Shown: positions 8,713 to 18,122, counted from the first letter of the stretch. The stretch: DNA of 64,000 nucleotides from an uncultured Gammaproteobacteria bacterium (GCA_964536975.1 CAZHYS010000003.1:15419-79418), one strand, 5' to 3'. Translations and numbers: made by a program. Notes: generated from the sequence alone by a model not told the origin.

Positions 8713-9057
8713 ATCAATAAGGGTGGTCGCTAGTGGAGTCGCTTGCCTCGCCGAAGCTTTGCGAAGGCGGGAACCACTATTCCTGGACAGCGCTGGATGC
8801 TTACTATGGTCGCATCCATCGACGCTCTCCCGAGAATTCGGGATCGCTTCTGTCCGTCTCGTCAGCTATGGCTGACTTCGACCCTTCCCGATTCATCGGG
8901 ACGCTCTTTCTTTCCGTGACGCTAAGCGCGGCATTAATGGAATTGTTATGAAAGTGTGGTCGCTAGTGGAGTCGAACCACTGACCTTCCCGATTCATCGG
9001 GACGCTCTTTCTTTCCGTGACGCTAAGCGCGGCATTAATGGAATTGTTATGAAAGTG
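8713..9057. repeat. tandem and dispersed duplications of the tRNA-Val 3' end (100-bp unit x2 plus a diverged third copy)
   Basis: The 28-nt tRNA 3' end tggtcgctagtggagtcgaaccactgac occurs at 8958-8985 and in the real gene at 9058-9085. The unit 8885-8985 is repeated at 8986-9085. A partial copy lies at 8723-8741, next to a tcgccgaagctttgcgaaggcgg hairpin. Confidence 0.7.
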
Positions 9058-9131
9058 TGGTCGCTAGTGGAGTCGAACCACTGACCTCATCCACGTCAAG
9101 GATGCGCTCTAACCAACTGAGCTAAGCGACC
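9058..9131 (-). tRNA. tRNA-Val (anticodon GAC)
   Basis: The reverse complement reads GGTCGCT-TA-GCTCAGTTGGTTAGAGC-G-CATCC-tTGACgt-GGATG...GGTTCGACTCC...AGCGACC-A. Confidence 0.8.
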
Positions 9132-9182
9132 GTAATACTTATTTTAATAAAATTCTCAAAATAATTTGAAAATAGTGGTCAT

Positions 9183-9452
9183 TCTTTAAATATGCTTGTC
9201 TCGCCGTAGCCTTGGCGAAGGCGGAAGCTAAGCGACCAAATATCTAATTCCGGTAAGTTTTTAAAATTATTTAAAGACGTTGTCTACTCTTTAAATATGC
9301 TTGTCTCGCCGTAGCCTTGGCGAAGGCGGAAACTAAGCGACCAAATATCTAATTCCGGTAAGTTTTTAAAATTATTTAAAGACGTTGTCTACTCTTTAAA
9401 TATGCTTGTCTCGCCGTAGCCTTGGCGAAGGCGGAAACTAAGCGACCGTAAT
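9183..9452. repeat. about 2.6 copies of a 105-bp tandem repeat; each unit = hairpin tctcgccgtagccttggcgaaggcgga + agctaagcgacc (tRNA-Val 5' end)
   Basis: The units start at 9183, 9288 and 9393 and are near-identical. A single a/g difference separates copy 1 from copy 2. Confidence 0.75.
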
Positions 9453-9499
9453 CAAGAGTATCTTAGTAAAAAAATTGCCAATTGTCAAAGATTTTGCAG

Positions 9500-9572
9500 T
9501 AGGCCAGGGTGGATTTGAACCACCGACATCTACGTTATAAGCGTAGCGCTCTAACCCCTGAGCTACTGGCCC
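9500..9572 (-). tRNA. tRNA-Ile-like (anticodon TAT)
   Basis: The reverse complement reads GGGCCAG-TA-GCTCAGGGGTTAGAGC-G-CTACG-cTTATaa-CGTAG...GGTTCAAATCC. The 5-bp anticodon stem CTACG/CGTAG is perfect, so the anticodon reads UAU. Confidence 0.65.
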
Positions 9573-9624
9573 ATATTAATTATATTCTAAACATTTGTAA
9601 CTAATTTTATCACAACACCTTCTA

Positions 9625-9732
9625 GCCCCGCCTGCCCGCCTCGCGTCGGCGCGAGCCGAGGCGGAAAATACTATTCATTATTTTTTTGTCTTTAAACCCC
9701 TCCCTACCCTCCCCTTCGGATAATGGGAGGGA
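9625..9732. repeat. hairpin ctcgcgtcggcgcgag + ccgaggcggaa motif, followed by a CCTCC hairpin repeat (ccctccccttcggataatgggaggg)
   Basis: Both parts are members of the two repeat families seen throughout the window. Confidence 0.6.
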
Positions 9733-9800
9733 AAAAAGAAATATCACCTCTCTAAATATACTTCATTGTCGTTATTTTTTCAAGCTCTTTCAGTGAGTTT

Positions 9801-10946
9801 TTAAATCTTTTTCAGGAAATTATTGATCTCTTCAACAATTTCTCGCTCCGCCTCCACGAGCGATTTTCCAAACAGAGAAAATTTTGCCAAGTCAGCGTTG
9901 CCTTCAGAATTAAATCTTTTCGCCATCTCCCGTGAGTCAATGCTTTTGACGGAATAAAGCAAGCAGTCAATGCTTGTTTTGTTCAAGTCGCTATTTTCAT
10001 AGATGAGAGCGATAATTTCCGTTTTGGGCATGGTGGCAATAAGTTCCTCCACAACATCGGCAACCTCTTCCGGCGTGGTGGAAGTCTCCAAGAAATCTTG
10101 GCGGGAAATAGTGGACCAGACGACACGGCCATTGTCTTCGCTGTTGAGTCGCGAGAGTATCCGCCCCCACAATTTCAGGGTGGACAAAAATCGAGTTTGG
10201 TATAAATTTTGGATGATTTGCTCGCGCCGAGCTCCGCTAGCGATAAGTAATCCGGCCAGATTGAGAGTTCGCGGGGTTACTTCGGCGGTTTTAAAGTTTT
10301 TAGTCGCGCTGATTACGCCTGCTAGCAGGCTGGTGGCGATATTTTCATCAATCAGGCGTTCGTCCATATCCTTCACCAGCTGATAGACGATTTCCGAAGT
10401 TGAGGCGGCGGATAGATCGGTTAGGTTGATATCGCCATAATGCTCGTTTTTGTTGGAGTGATCCAAATTGATTTTTGGCGTGGCAAAAAAGAAATCGGAA
10501 TTTTTTTTGTATACGTCGCCAAGCGATTCCAGGTCAGGCGTATTGAGTAGAAAAATCAGATCGTATTTGAAGTCGGCGGCGGCAGTAGTGACATTTTGAT
10601 CTTGGAGTTTTCCTTCTTCTGGCGTAATATAAAAATTCAGTCGCCCATCCTCGCGGTCGTAATAAAATTCACCGACTTTTATCTGAGCCGTATCCACGCT
10701 AACAACGAATTTTTGGAGATTTTTGAGTTGGTTTTTGATTTTGTCCAGCGGTAGGAACGATAGGCTCGGTTTCGGCCGAAAATCCTGGCAGACAACGTCA
10801 ACGTTTTTTCCCATTTTTTCCAGTGCTTGCGCCAACGCCAAGCCGGCGGCGATGGCGTCGCCAGTCCATTCTTGCCGGAAAGCGACCATGATCGCTCGGC
10901 TTCTTTTGATTAGCTCCAATGTTTGCTGGGTTGGATTCAAGGCCAT
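9801..10946 (-). CDS. DHH/DHHA1-family phosphoesterase-like protein (NrnA-like; catalytic motifs look partly degenerate)
   Basis: The N-terminus AIMVAFRQEWTGDAIAAGLALAQALEKMGKNVDVV aligns to the DHH domain. It reads LDHS instead of DHH, and the GGGH-like motif is weak. Confidence 0.55.
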   Translation of the reverse strand: MALNPTQQTLELIKRSRAIMVAFRQEWTGDAIAAGLALAQALEKMGKNVDVVCQDFRPKPSLSFLPLDKIKNQLKNLQKFVVSVDTAQIKVGEFYYDREDGRLNFYITPEEGKLQDQNVTTAAADFKYDLIFLLNTPDLESLGDVYKKNSDFFFATPKINLDHSNKNEHYGDINLTDLSAASTSEIVYQLVKDMDERLIDENIATSLLAGVISATKNFKTAEVTPRTLNLAGLLIASGARREQIIQNLYQTRFLSTLKLWGRILSRLNSEDNGRVVWSTISRQDFLETSTTPEEVADVVEELIATMPKTEIIALIYENSDLNKTSIDCLLYSVKSIDSREMAKRFNSEGNADLAKFSLFGKSLVEAEREIVEEINNFLKKI

Positions 10947-11009
10947 AATAAAAAGGTAATTAAGTGATTTTAGCGAAAATCATCATGACTGTCAACCATT
11001 GTTTCCAAT

Positions 11010-11038
11010 TTGAAAAAAAACAGAAAATCGGGTAGAAT
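11010..11038 (+). promoter_or_regulatory. sigma70-like promoter for valS (ttgaaa-17-tagaat)
   Basis: The -35 ttgaaa is at 11010-11015 and the -10 tagaat at 11033-11038, with a 17-nt spacer. The valS ATG is 24 nt downstream. Confidence 0.5.
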
Positions 11039-11062
11039 ACAGTTATTCTAACTATATAAATT

Positions 11063-13750
11063 ATGTCCAAAATAGAACTGCCAAAATCGTATGACGCGTC
11101 GCTGGTAGAAGACGCGATTTACAAGTCCTGGGAGGAGTCGGGCTTTTTTAATCCTGACAATCTACCTGGTCGGCGGAAAGAAAAATTCGTCATCTCTATG
11201 CCGCCGCCCAATGTCACCGGCATTCTTCATCTTGGCCACGCTTTGGAAAATTCTTTGATGGATGTGGCGGTTCGCTATCAGCGGATGAAGGGCAAGAAAG
11301 CCTTGTTAGTGCCGGGCACCGATCATGCCGCTATCGCTACCCAAGCCCGGGTGGAAGATATGTTGAAAAAAGAGGGCATCAAAAATCCTCGGCAAGAGCT
11401 CGGCCGGGAAAAATTATTGGCAAAAATTCGCGAGTACGCCGAAAGTTCTAAGAAAACAATTTTATCGCAAATAAAGAAAATGGGCACCAGCTGTGACTGG
11501 TCGCGTTTGGCCTACACTTTTGATGAGCAAAGATCAAAAGCGGTTAATACCTTATTTGAAAAGATGTATAAGGATGGTTTGGTTTATCGCGGTTATCGGG
11601 TGATTAATTGGTCGGTCAAAGGGCAATCAACCTGTTCAGATGATGAGCTGGTGTATATTGATCAAAAAACCAAAGTTTGGACATTTAAATACGCCAAAGA
11701 TTTTCCCATTCCGATTGCCACTACTCGGCCGGAAACCAAGCTAGGCGACACGGCAGTGGCCGTCCATCCCGACGACGAACGCTACCAAAAATATATCGGC
11801 CAAAAATTTACCGTGGATGTCGGCGCCAGAAATCCGCTGACAATTACGATTATTGCTGACAAGAATGTTGATCCGGCTTACGGTACTGGCGCGGTTGGCG
11901 TTACTCCGGCGCATAGCCAGATTGACTATGAAATGTATCAGGCCAACAAAGATATTGGCATTATTCAGGTAATTGGCTCCGATGGGCGGATGACTCCGGC
12001 GGCGGGAGCGGCTTACGCCGGTTTGACTATTGGTGAAGCGCGGGAGAAATTTGTCGCTTGGCTCAAAGAAAATGATTTATTTATCAAAGAAGAAGAAATT
12101 ACCAACAGCGTCGGCACTTCTGATCGTTTTGGCGACGTGGTGGAATCACTGCCGATGGAACAGTGGTTTATTGATGTCAACAAAGAAATTCCCGGCCGTG
12201 GTAAAAGTTTGAAAGATTTGATGCGCGAGGCAATAACTACTGGTCACAACGGCGACAAAAATAAAATTATTAATATTACACCGGAAAGATTTAAGAAAGT
12301 TTATTTGCAAAGAATTGATAATCTATATGATTGGAATATATCCCGGCAGATTTGGTGGGGACATCGGATTCCAGTGTGGTACGAGAAAAATTCAAATGTC
12401 AAAAGTCAAAATTCAAAAGCCGACAAAGAAGATATTTATATCGGCGAAAATCCGCCGACAGAAGGAGAGTGGATTCAAGATGAAGATACTCTGGATACCT
12501 GGTTCTCTTCCGGTTCCTGGACTTTTTCCACGCTTGGTTGGCCCCAAAGAACCAAGGATCTCAAAGAATTTCACCCAACGACTTGGATGCAAATGGGTTA
12601 TGAGATTATATTTTTGTGGCTGGTTAGAATGATTTTACTTTCCACCTACGCGCTGGATGATATTCCTTTTCAAGATGTTTATATCCATGGCATCCTGCGT
12701 GACAAAAACGGCAAAAAGTTTTCCAAGTCGGCCGGCAATGGCCTGGACCCCTTGGAAATTATCGGTCAATATGGCACCGATGCTTTGCGACTGTCTCTTA
12801 TCAAGGGTATTACTCCGGGGAACGACGCCAGGTTTTATGAAGAAAAGGTGGCGGGCGCCCGGAATTTTGTCAATAAATTATGGAATATTGCCAGATATAT
12901 CTTACAGACTGTTGATGATGTAAAAATTATCAAAAAAGAACCCAAAACCAGAACACTTGCTGATGAGTGGATTTTACGCGACTTGTCTTCCGCTATTACC
13001 GCCGCCACGCAAGCGCTGGACGATTATTCTTTTTCATCAGCCGCGGAGAAGCTCCACGAATTTACCTGGAATGATTTTGCCGATTGGTATCTGGAGATCG
13101 CCAAGATTGAAGGCGGCAAAGATGAGATTCTGCTCTATGTCCTGCGGAACTTATTGAAATTGTGGCATCCATTTTGTCCTTTTGTCACGGAAGAAATTTG
13201 GAAAAACCTTCATGACAAAGATTTGTTAATAGTAGAAAAATGGCCGACTGTTTGGATTGATTCGGGTAAAAAGAGCCAAAAAATCAATGAAGACATAGAA
13301 TGTTTTATCGGCGTAGTCAAGGCCATTCGCAATTTGCGCAGCGAATCCAACATTGAACCGGCAAAATTAGCCGCGGTGAAAATAATCGCCAAGGAGAAAA
13401 AGGACTTGCTGGCCAGTCAGCAGGAAATAATTAAAAAATTATCTCGCTGTGAAAGTATAGAGATAATAGACGATGCCCAGCCGATCAAAGACAGCGCCGT
13501 CGCGGTTGTCGGCGGGGTTGAGGTTCATCTTATTCTGGCGGGACTTATAGATATTGCCGCGGAGAGACAAAGGCTGGAAAAAGAAATCGTTCAAGCGGAG
13601 AACTATATCAAAAATATAAATCTCAAATTGTCCAACAAGCAGTTCATTGACAACGCGCCCAAGGATGTGGTAGAAAAGGAGCAGGAGAAACTGGCCGAGC
13701 AACAGAGCCGGCTGGAAAAACTGAAAACTCAACTGGAAAAACTTGCTTGA
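11063..13750 (+). CDS. valS: valyl-tRNA synthetase
   Basis: It has HIGH-region PPNVTGILHLGHA and KMSKS-region KFSKSAGNG. The 895-aa length and C-terminal coiled-coil are typical of ValRS. Confidence 0.85.
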   Translation: MSKIELPKSYDASLVEDAIYKSWEESGFFNPDNLPGRRKEKFVISMPPPNVTGILHLGHALENSLMDVAVRYQRMKGKKALLVPGTDHAAIATQARVEDMLKKEGIKNPRQELGREKLLAKIREYAESSKKTILSQIKKMGTSCDWSRLAYTFDEQRSKAVNTLFEKMYKDGLVYRGYRVINWSVKGQSTCSDDELVYIDQKTKVWTFKYAKDFPIPIATTRPETKLGDTAVAVHPDDERYQKYIGQKFTVDVGARNPLTITIIADKNVDPAYGTGAVGVTPAHSQIDYEMYQANKDIGIIQVIGSDGRMTPAAGAAYAGLTIGEAREKFVAWLKENDLFIKEEEITNSVGTSDRFGDVVESLPMEQWFIDVNKEIPGRGKSLKDLMREAITTGHNGDKNKIINITPERFKKVYLQRIDNLYDWNISRQIWWGHRIPVWYEKNSNVKSQNSKADKEDIYIGENPPTEGEWIQDEDTLDTWFSSGSWTFSTLGWPQRTKDLKEFHPTTWMQMGYEIIFLWLVRMILLSTYALDDIPFQDVYIHGILRDKNGKKFSKSAGNGLDPLEIIGQYGTDALRLSLIKGITPGNDARFYEEKVAGARNFVNKLWNIARYILQTVDDVKIIKKEPKTRTLADEWILRDLSSAITAATQALDDYSFSSAAEKLHEFTWNDFADWYLEIAKIEGGKDEILLYVLRNLLKLWHPFCPFVTEEIWKNLHDKDLLIVEKWPTVWIDSGKKSQKINEDIECFIGVVKAIRNLRSESNIEPAKLAAVKIIAKEKKDLLASQQEIIKKLSRCESIEIIDDAQPIKDSAVAVVGGVEVHLILAGLIDIAAERQRLEKEIVQAENYIKNINLKLSNKQFIDNAPKDVVEKEQEKLAEQQSRLEKLKTQLEKLA

Positions 13751-13775
13751 TGGTTGGTTTTTCAAGGAGGTGAAG

Positions 13776-14027
13776 ATGAAATTGCACGCGTTAACTATTT
13801 TTGTCGTTGTTGTTTACAACATCGCGGCGGTTGTTATTGGATGCGTTTTGGCGCTCAATTCGCAGATGGCCGCGTATGTTATTTGGGGGGCCATTGTGGT
13901 CTTTTTTGCCAATATGGCAATTAATATCATCTGCGCGCTTATCATCCCGGCCAGCTGGGTGGCTAAGTATTCTGGCGTGGCCAAAGCCCACGAAATGGCT
14001 CGTCGCGAAGAGACTATTGGCGATTGA
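13776..14027 (+). CDS. small 2-TM hypothetical membrane protein
   Basis: An aggagg RBS lies directly upstream of the ATG at 13776. The protein is hydrophobic. The ORF track starts at 13743, overlapping the valS stop. Confidence 0.45.
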   Translation: MKLHALTIFVVVVYNIAAVVIGCVLALNSQMAAYVIWGAIVVFFANMAINIICALIIPASWVAKYSGVAKAHEMARREETIGD

Positions 14028-14053
14028 CCAGCGCAAAATCGGATTTCCCGCCG

Positions 14054-14087
14054 GGGAGGCGCGCGCAGGCCTCCCCTTATTTTTTTC
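14054..14087 (+). terminator. intrinsic terminator
   Basis: The hairpin ggggaggcgcgcgcaggcctcccc is followed by ttattttttt. Confidence 0.6.
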
Positions 14088-14111
14088 AATCAAATCTGTT
14101 AAAATATAATT

Positions 14112-15332
14112 ATGGCAAAAATAATAACCGACGAACCAAAAATAGAAGAGCTTTTGACGCGGGGAGTGGAGAATGTCTATCCTGACAAGGCGTCACTCAA
14201 AAAACTGCTTGCTTCTGGCCGGCAGATTACTTTGTATTGCGGCTACGATCCCACCGCGCCGACCCTTCATATCGGCCATGGCATTACTGTCCGCAAGTTG
14301 GCCAAATTTCAACAGTTGGGACACAAGGTGATTTTTTTGTTCGGCGATTTTACCGCCCAAATCGGCGACCCGACTGATAAGCTGGCGGCGAGAAAGCCGC
14401 TTACTCACGCCCAGGTTTTGAGCAATCTGAAAAATTGGAAAAAACAGATTAAAAACATTATCAATTTGCGACAGACGGAATTTAAGTTTAATTCCCGCTG
14501 GCTCGGCCGGTTGAAGTTTGCCGATTTAGTCAGGCTTTCCTCGCATTTTACCGCCCAGCAGATGCTGGCGCGGGGGATGTTCAAGGAGCGGATGAGCCAG
14601 GGCAAAGATCTCTATCTCAATGAATTCTTGTATCCGATGATGCAGGCATACGATAGCGTGGCGATGGATGTGGATTTGGAAATCGGCGGCAACGATCAGA
14701 TGTTTAATATGCTGGCCGGCCGGGATTTGATGAAGAAAATGAAAAACAAAGAAAAATTCGTCTTAACAACCAAACTACTTGAAGATCCGACCGGCAAGAA
14801 AATGGGCAAGTCCGAAGGCAATATGATTACCTTGGAGGATGCGCCGGCCGATATGTACGGCAAGGTGATGAGCTGGCCAGATGAAATGATTTTGCCGGCT
14901 TTGGAAATTCTGACCGATATATCAATGGAAGAAATCAAAGCGATTGGCAAAGAAATTTCTGCTGGCGCCAATCCTCGTGACGCCAAGATGAAGCTGGCTT
15001 ATGAAGTGGTCCGAATTTATCTGGGAGAAAAGTCCGCTCAGTTTGGCGCCGAGAATTTCAAGCGTGTTTTCCAAGAAGGCGACAAGCCCAAAGACATTCC
15101 GACCGTGTGCATAGAAGACAAGGATGGCAAGATTGGCGTTTTGGATTTATTTGTCAAAGCTGGGCTTGCCAAAAGCAACAGCGAGGTTCGTCGCCTAATA
15201 AAAGAAGGCGCCATCAGAATAAATGACGACAAAGTGACTAGTGATGAATTGGAGCTAGACATCTCATCGGATGAGCTCCTATTGCAACGCGGCAAAAAAC
15301 AATTTGTAAAAGCGATCAAAAAATCAAAATAG
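14112..15332 (+). CDS. tyrS: tyrosyl-tRNA synthetase (with C-terminal S4 domain)
   Basis: It has the HIGH motif (PTAPTLHIGHG) and the KMSKS motif (KMGKSEGN), and an S4 domain at the C-terminus. A tataat box ends 1 nt before the ATG, so the transcript may be leaderless. Confidence 0.8.
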   Translation: MAKIITDEPKIEELLTRGVENVYPDKASLKKLLASGRQITLYCGYDPTAPTLHIGHGITVRKLAKFQQLGHKVIFLFGDFTAQIGDPTDKLAARKPLTHAQVLSNLKNWKKQIKNIINLRQTEFKFNSRWLGRLKFADLVRLSSHFTAQQMLARGMFKERMSQGKDLYLNEFLYPMMQAYDSVAMDVDLEIGGNDQMFNMLAGRDLMKKMKNKEKFVLTTKLLEDPTGKKMGKSEGNMITLEDAPADMYGKVMSWPDEMILPALEILTDISMEEIKAIGKEISAGANPRDAKMKLAYEVVRIYLGEKSAQFGAENFKRVFQEGDKPKDIPTVCIEDKDGKIGVLDLFVKAGLAKSNSEVRRLIKEGAIRINDDKVTSDELELDISSDELLLQRGKKQFVKAIKKSK

Positions 15333-15339
15333 TTATTGT

Positions 15340-15428
15340 AGAGACGCATCCCGAGTACTCGGGATGCGTCTCTCATGTGAGTAAACCAAAATACTCTGCC
15401 TCAATAATCGTGGCAGAGTATTTTGAGA
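15340..15428. terminator. two hairpins between convergent tyrS and sdpI-like genes
   Basis: Hairpin 1 is agagacgcatcccgagtactcgggatgcgtctct. Hairpin 2 is aaaatactctgcc...ggcagagtatttt, with a T-run on the minus strand. Confidence 0.5.
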
Positions 15429-15442
15429 TTGTTGATTCTTAT

Positions 15443-16111
15443 TTATTTTTCTATTTTTCGTTCTTGCCTGAATAGCCAATAAGAATAACCAAAGCTGCCG
15501 GCCACAACTACTACGATTCCCAAGATAAAAATCGGAATTGCCAGAGATTCGGGGAGGTGAGGGATAATCATCATTATAATTCCTAAAGTTACAAACAACC
15601 AGCCGCCGACGCGATGAGTTTTGTTCCAGACGTTTTCCGACGACATCGTCCAAGGAGTTCTAATGCCCACAAACCAATTGTATTTTATTTTGCCCAGATA
15701 ATTACCAATGATAATAAATAGCGCGCCGACGCCCAGTGAAGTGGTGACGCCGATATTGATCGGGTAGCCGATATTGAACAGGCCGGTCGCCAAATAAATC
15801 AAAGCCATAAATAAAACAATCAGACTTTTGAATAAGTGGTAAGTTTTGGCGAATTCCTGGTAACGTTCTTTCTTGGGATCAAAATAGGGAAGAACCAGGA
15901 ACATGATATATATTGCCGCTATCAAAAAGGGGAAGAAAAAGGCGCCAAAGGATTTGTCTCCCCAATTGTCCGGTTGGCCCTGGAAGTTCCAGTGGATGGC
16001 GATCCGATCGGGAAAACGGGGGAAAAAGTAAAAGCTGGCGACAACACAGACGATAACCGCGAGTATCGGCAGCAGTTCAGTCTTTAATGTTGGTTTGAGC
16101 GGTGAAGACAT
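15443..16111 (-). CDS. SdpI/YhfL-family (DUF1648) membrane immunity-like protein
   Basis: It has 5-6 TM helices and the architecture of the SdpI family. It lies immediately downstream of an ArsR-like gene, as in B. subtilis sdpRI. Confidence 0.6.
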   Translation of the reverse strand: MSSPLKPTLKTELLPILAVIVCVVASFYFFPRFPDRIAIHWNFQGQPDNWGDKSFGAFFFPFLIAAIYIMFLVLPYFDPKKERYQEFAKTYHLFKSLIVLFMALIYLATGLFNIGYPINIGVTTSLGVGALFIIIGNYLGKIKYNWFVGIRTPWTMSSENVWNKTHRVGGWLFVTLGIIMMIIPHLPESLAIPIFILGIVVVVAGSFGYSYWLFRQERKIEK

Positions 16112-16143
16112 ATGTTTAAATGTTAAGCGATTAATTACGCCGC

Positions 16144-16410
16144 TTATTTGGTTTTCAAAAATTTGACGATTTTTTCGGCCACATCCTGGATAACGCTAAG
16201 ATTGAGGGAATACAGAATTTGCTGACCATCGCGGCGGCCGCTGATGAGGTCGGCTTTTTTAAGGATGTCCAAATGATGAGATAATGTCGCCATGGTGATA
16301 TCCAAGTTTTTTCCGATCTCTGAAACTGACATTTCCCGTTTTTTCAAGAGATCAATGATTTTTTGCCGGTTTGGCTCGGATAAGGCGGCAAAAGTTTTGG
16401 CCAGCAGCAT
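16144..16410 (-). CDS. ArsR/SmtB-family transcriptional regulator (SdpR-like)
   Basis: It has a winged HTH (LSEPNRQKIIDLL...MSVSEIGKNLDITMATLSHHLDILKKADLI). Confidence 0.75.
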   Translation of the reverse strand: MLLAKTFAALSEPNRQKIIDLLKKREMSVSEIGKNLDITMATLSHHLDILKKADLISGRRDGQQILYSLNLSVIQDVAEKIVKFLKTK

Positions 16411-16443
16411 AGGATAGATATTTAGATGTATATCTAAATATTA

Positions 16444-16472
16444 ACAAAACAAAAACCCCCTGTCAAGAGGGG
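16444..16472 (-). terminator. intrinsic terminator after the 544-aa membrane protein gene
   Basis: The hairpin ccccctgtcaagaggggg is followed by a T-run on the minus strand. Confidence 0.5.
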
Positions 16473-16487
16473 GCTTGGCTCCATTGG

Positions 16488-18122
16488 CTATTCGGCGATT
16501 TCTTCCTTTTTCTCATTGATAAACGAGACGGTTTTTTCCAAAAACTCCACCAGCATTTTGAACGGCGTTTCAATGATAAAATCCAGGATATACAAGAAGA
16601 TGTTGATTTTGGAAAAATTGGTGGAGAAAAATCGGCCGACGCGGATAATCGGCAGAGAAACAATGTCCACAAGCAAATTAATAAGATTATCTTTGCGCGG
16701 AACGACGGAAAGCTGTTTGGCGAGAGAGCGCAGTCGAAAACCGAAAAAACTGACGACAGTAAGAAAGAATACGAATAGTATCCCGCTCAAGATGTTGAAA
16801 TTCAGTCTTTGCAAGACAGCGACGACAATTCCAAAGGACACGCCAAACATTATTAAATAGATAAAATTAAACACAAAATATCCGGCCGACCCCTTGTCCA
16901 TTAGCTTTTTCGGTTTGAATATCAGATTTCTATCCTGATTATAGATGATCTTTTTTATTTCAGTAATAATAATATTGGTGTTTTTCACGCCAGGAATACG
17001 GATAGCCATGGCGATGATTGACATTAAAATCGGATGAAAAGAGATATTTATTATAAGCGCTTGCCAATTGATATGTTTGGCAATAAGAACATCATAAGGC
17101 AACTCCAGAATAAAAGCCAGGATTGTCTTGGTGAAAAAAATATAAATTATCACTCGGATGATCGTGCCCAATAGTTTGCTTTTTATCCGCGCCTGATCGG
17201 ATCTTACAATTTCTTTGATTTTTTCCTCCAGCTCATCAGAATTGGCAATAAGGGAATTGATGTTTTTTGGATTTTTATCAACAAGTTCTTTGATAATAGT
17301 GAAAAAAACCGCTTGTGTTTTGGCCGCTCGGCTCAATTGGAACGCGAAAGGATGCGACAAATTTTTATTGATTCGGCCATAAATCGTGGCAATATCTCGA
17401 CAGAATTCTTTTATCTCTACTTCTGTCGCCTGCCGCCAATTTGGCAGGTATAATTTTAGCAGGGCGTATCTTAGCGCCGGCAAATCGGCTTTATTGAGGT
17501 TTTTGAGAGTGGCGATGTAGAGTTGGAGATTTTTTTCCTTCTCGTCGATTTTGGTATTGGCAAAATGAAGATTCTCTACCAAATGAGAATACATCAGGTT
17601 GGCCGCCGCCTCGTCCTTGCGGCTTTGGACCGGTGATAGGAATTCATTGATTTCGCAGGAGGCAATGCCTACTGTCCAGGCAATCGCTTTCTTGGCCTGG
17701 GGCAACTCCTCTTTGGCAATATAATTGACGATGAGCAGATATTTTTCTATCACTCTGGCCAATTCGTCAATAACCGTCTCCGGCAGTTGGTCATTGGGCA
17801 GATATTTGGCGCGGATAAATTCGTAGACGAGGGTCTGGCTGATTTTTTGCGCCTGGCCTTCCTGCAGGAATAAAATCTGCCGCCGTAGGATTCGCTCAAT
17901 CGCGTTGCGGCGGACCAAGTGTTCTTCGTTGTAGTCAATGGCATTGCGGAATTTTTCATAAAAAAAACCGAGCTTGGAGACCAATTGGCTCAGTTTTATT
18001 TTTTCAACATTGTCGGGAATCGGTTGTTCATGGCTGTGAAGGTAGGTGTCTATCAGCCATTTGATTTCATTGCTTATTTCCATAGATAACTCCATTATAG
18101 CCTTTTTGGTCGGCTTTTTCAA
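16488..18122 (-). CDS. hypothetical protein: about 330-aa cytoplasmic N-domain + C-terminal multi-TM domain
   Basis: The ORF is long and uninterrupted and the C-terminal half is hydrophobic. I cannot assign a domain. Confidence 0.5.
   Translation of the reverse strand: MKKPTKKAIMELSMEISNEIKWLIDTYLHSHEQPIPDNVEKIKLSQLVSKLGFFYEKFRNAIDYNEEHLVRRNAIERILRRQILFLQEGQAQKISQTLVYEFIRAKYLPNDQLPETVIDELARVIEKYLLIVNYIAKEELPQAKKAIAWTVGIASCEINEFLSPVQSRKDEAAANLMYSHLVENLHFANTKIDEKEKNLQLYIATLKNLNKADLPALRYALLKLYLPNWRQATEVEIKEFCRDIATIYGRINKNLSHPFAFQLSRAAKTQAVFFTIIKELVDKNPKNINSLIANSDELEEKIKEIVRSDQARIKSKLLGTIIRVIIYIFFTKTILAFILELPYDVLIAKHINWQALIINISFHPILMSIIAMAIRIPGVKNTNIIITEIKKIIYNQDRNLIFKPKKLMDKGSAGYFVFNFIYLIMFGVSFGIVVAVLQRLNFNILSGILFVFFLTVVSFFGFRLRSLAKQLSVVPRKDNLINLLVDIVSLPIIRVGRFFSTNFSKINIFLYILDFIIETPFKMLVEFLEKTVSFINEKKEEIAE

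Noticed and set aside
8733-8951. ORF 8733-8951 (+), 72 aa
   Set aside because: It lies within the tRNA-Val fragment repeat region. There are no translation signals, and its composition is dictated by the repeats.
9183-9452. Possible CRISPR array (regular tandem repeats containing a hairpin)
   Set aside because: The period is 105 bp. Entire units, including the would-be spacers, are near-identical. There are only about 2.6 copies and no cas1 or cas2 nearby. It behaves as a tandem duplication, not a repeat-spacer array.
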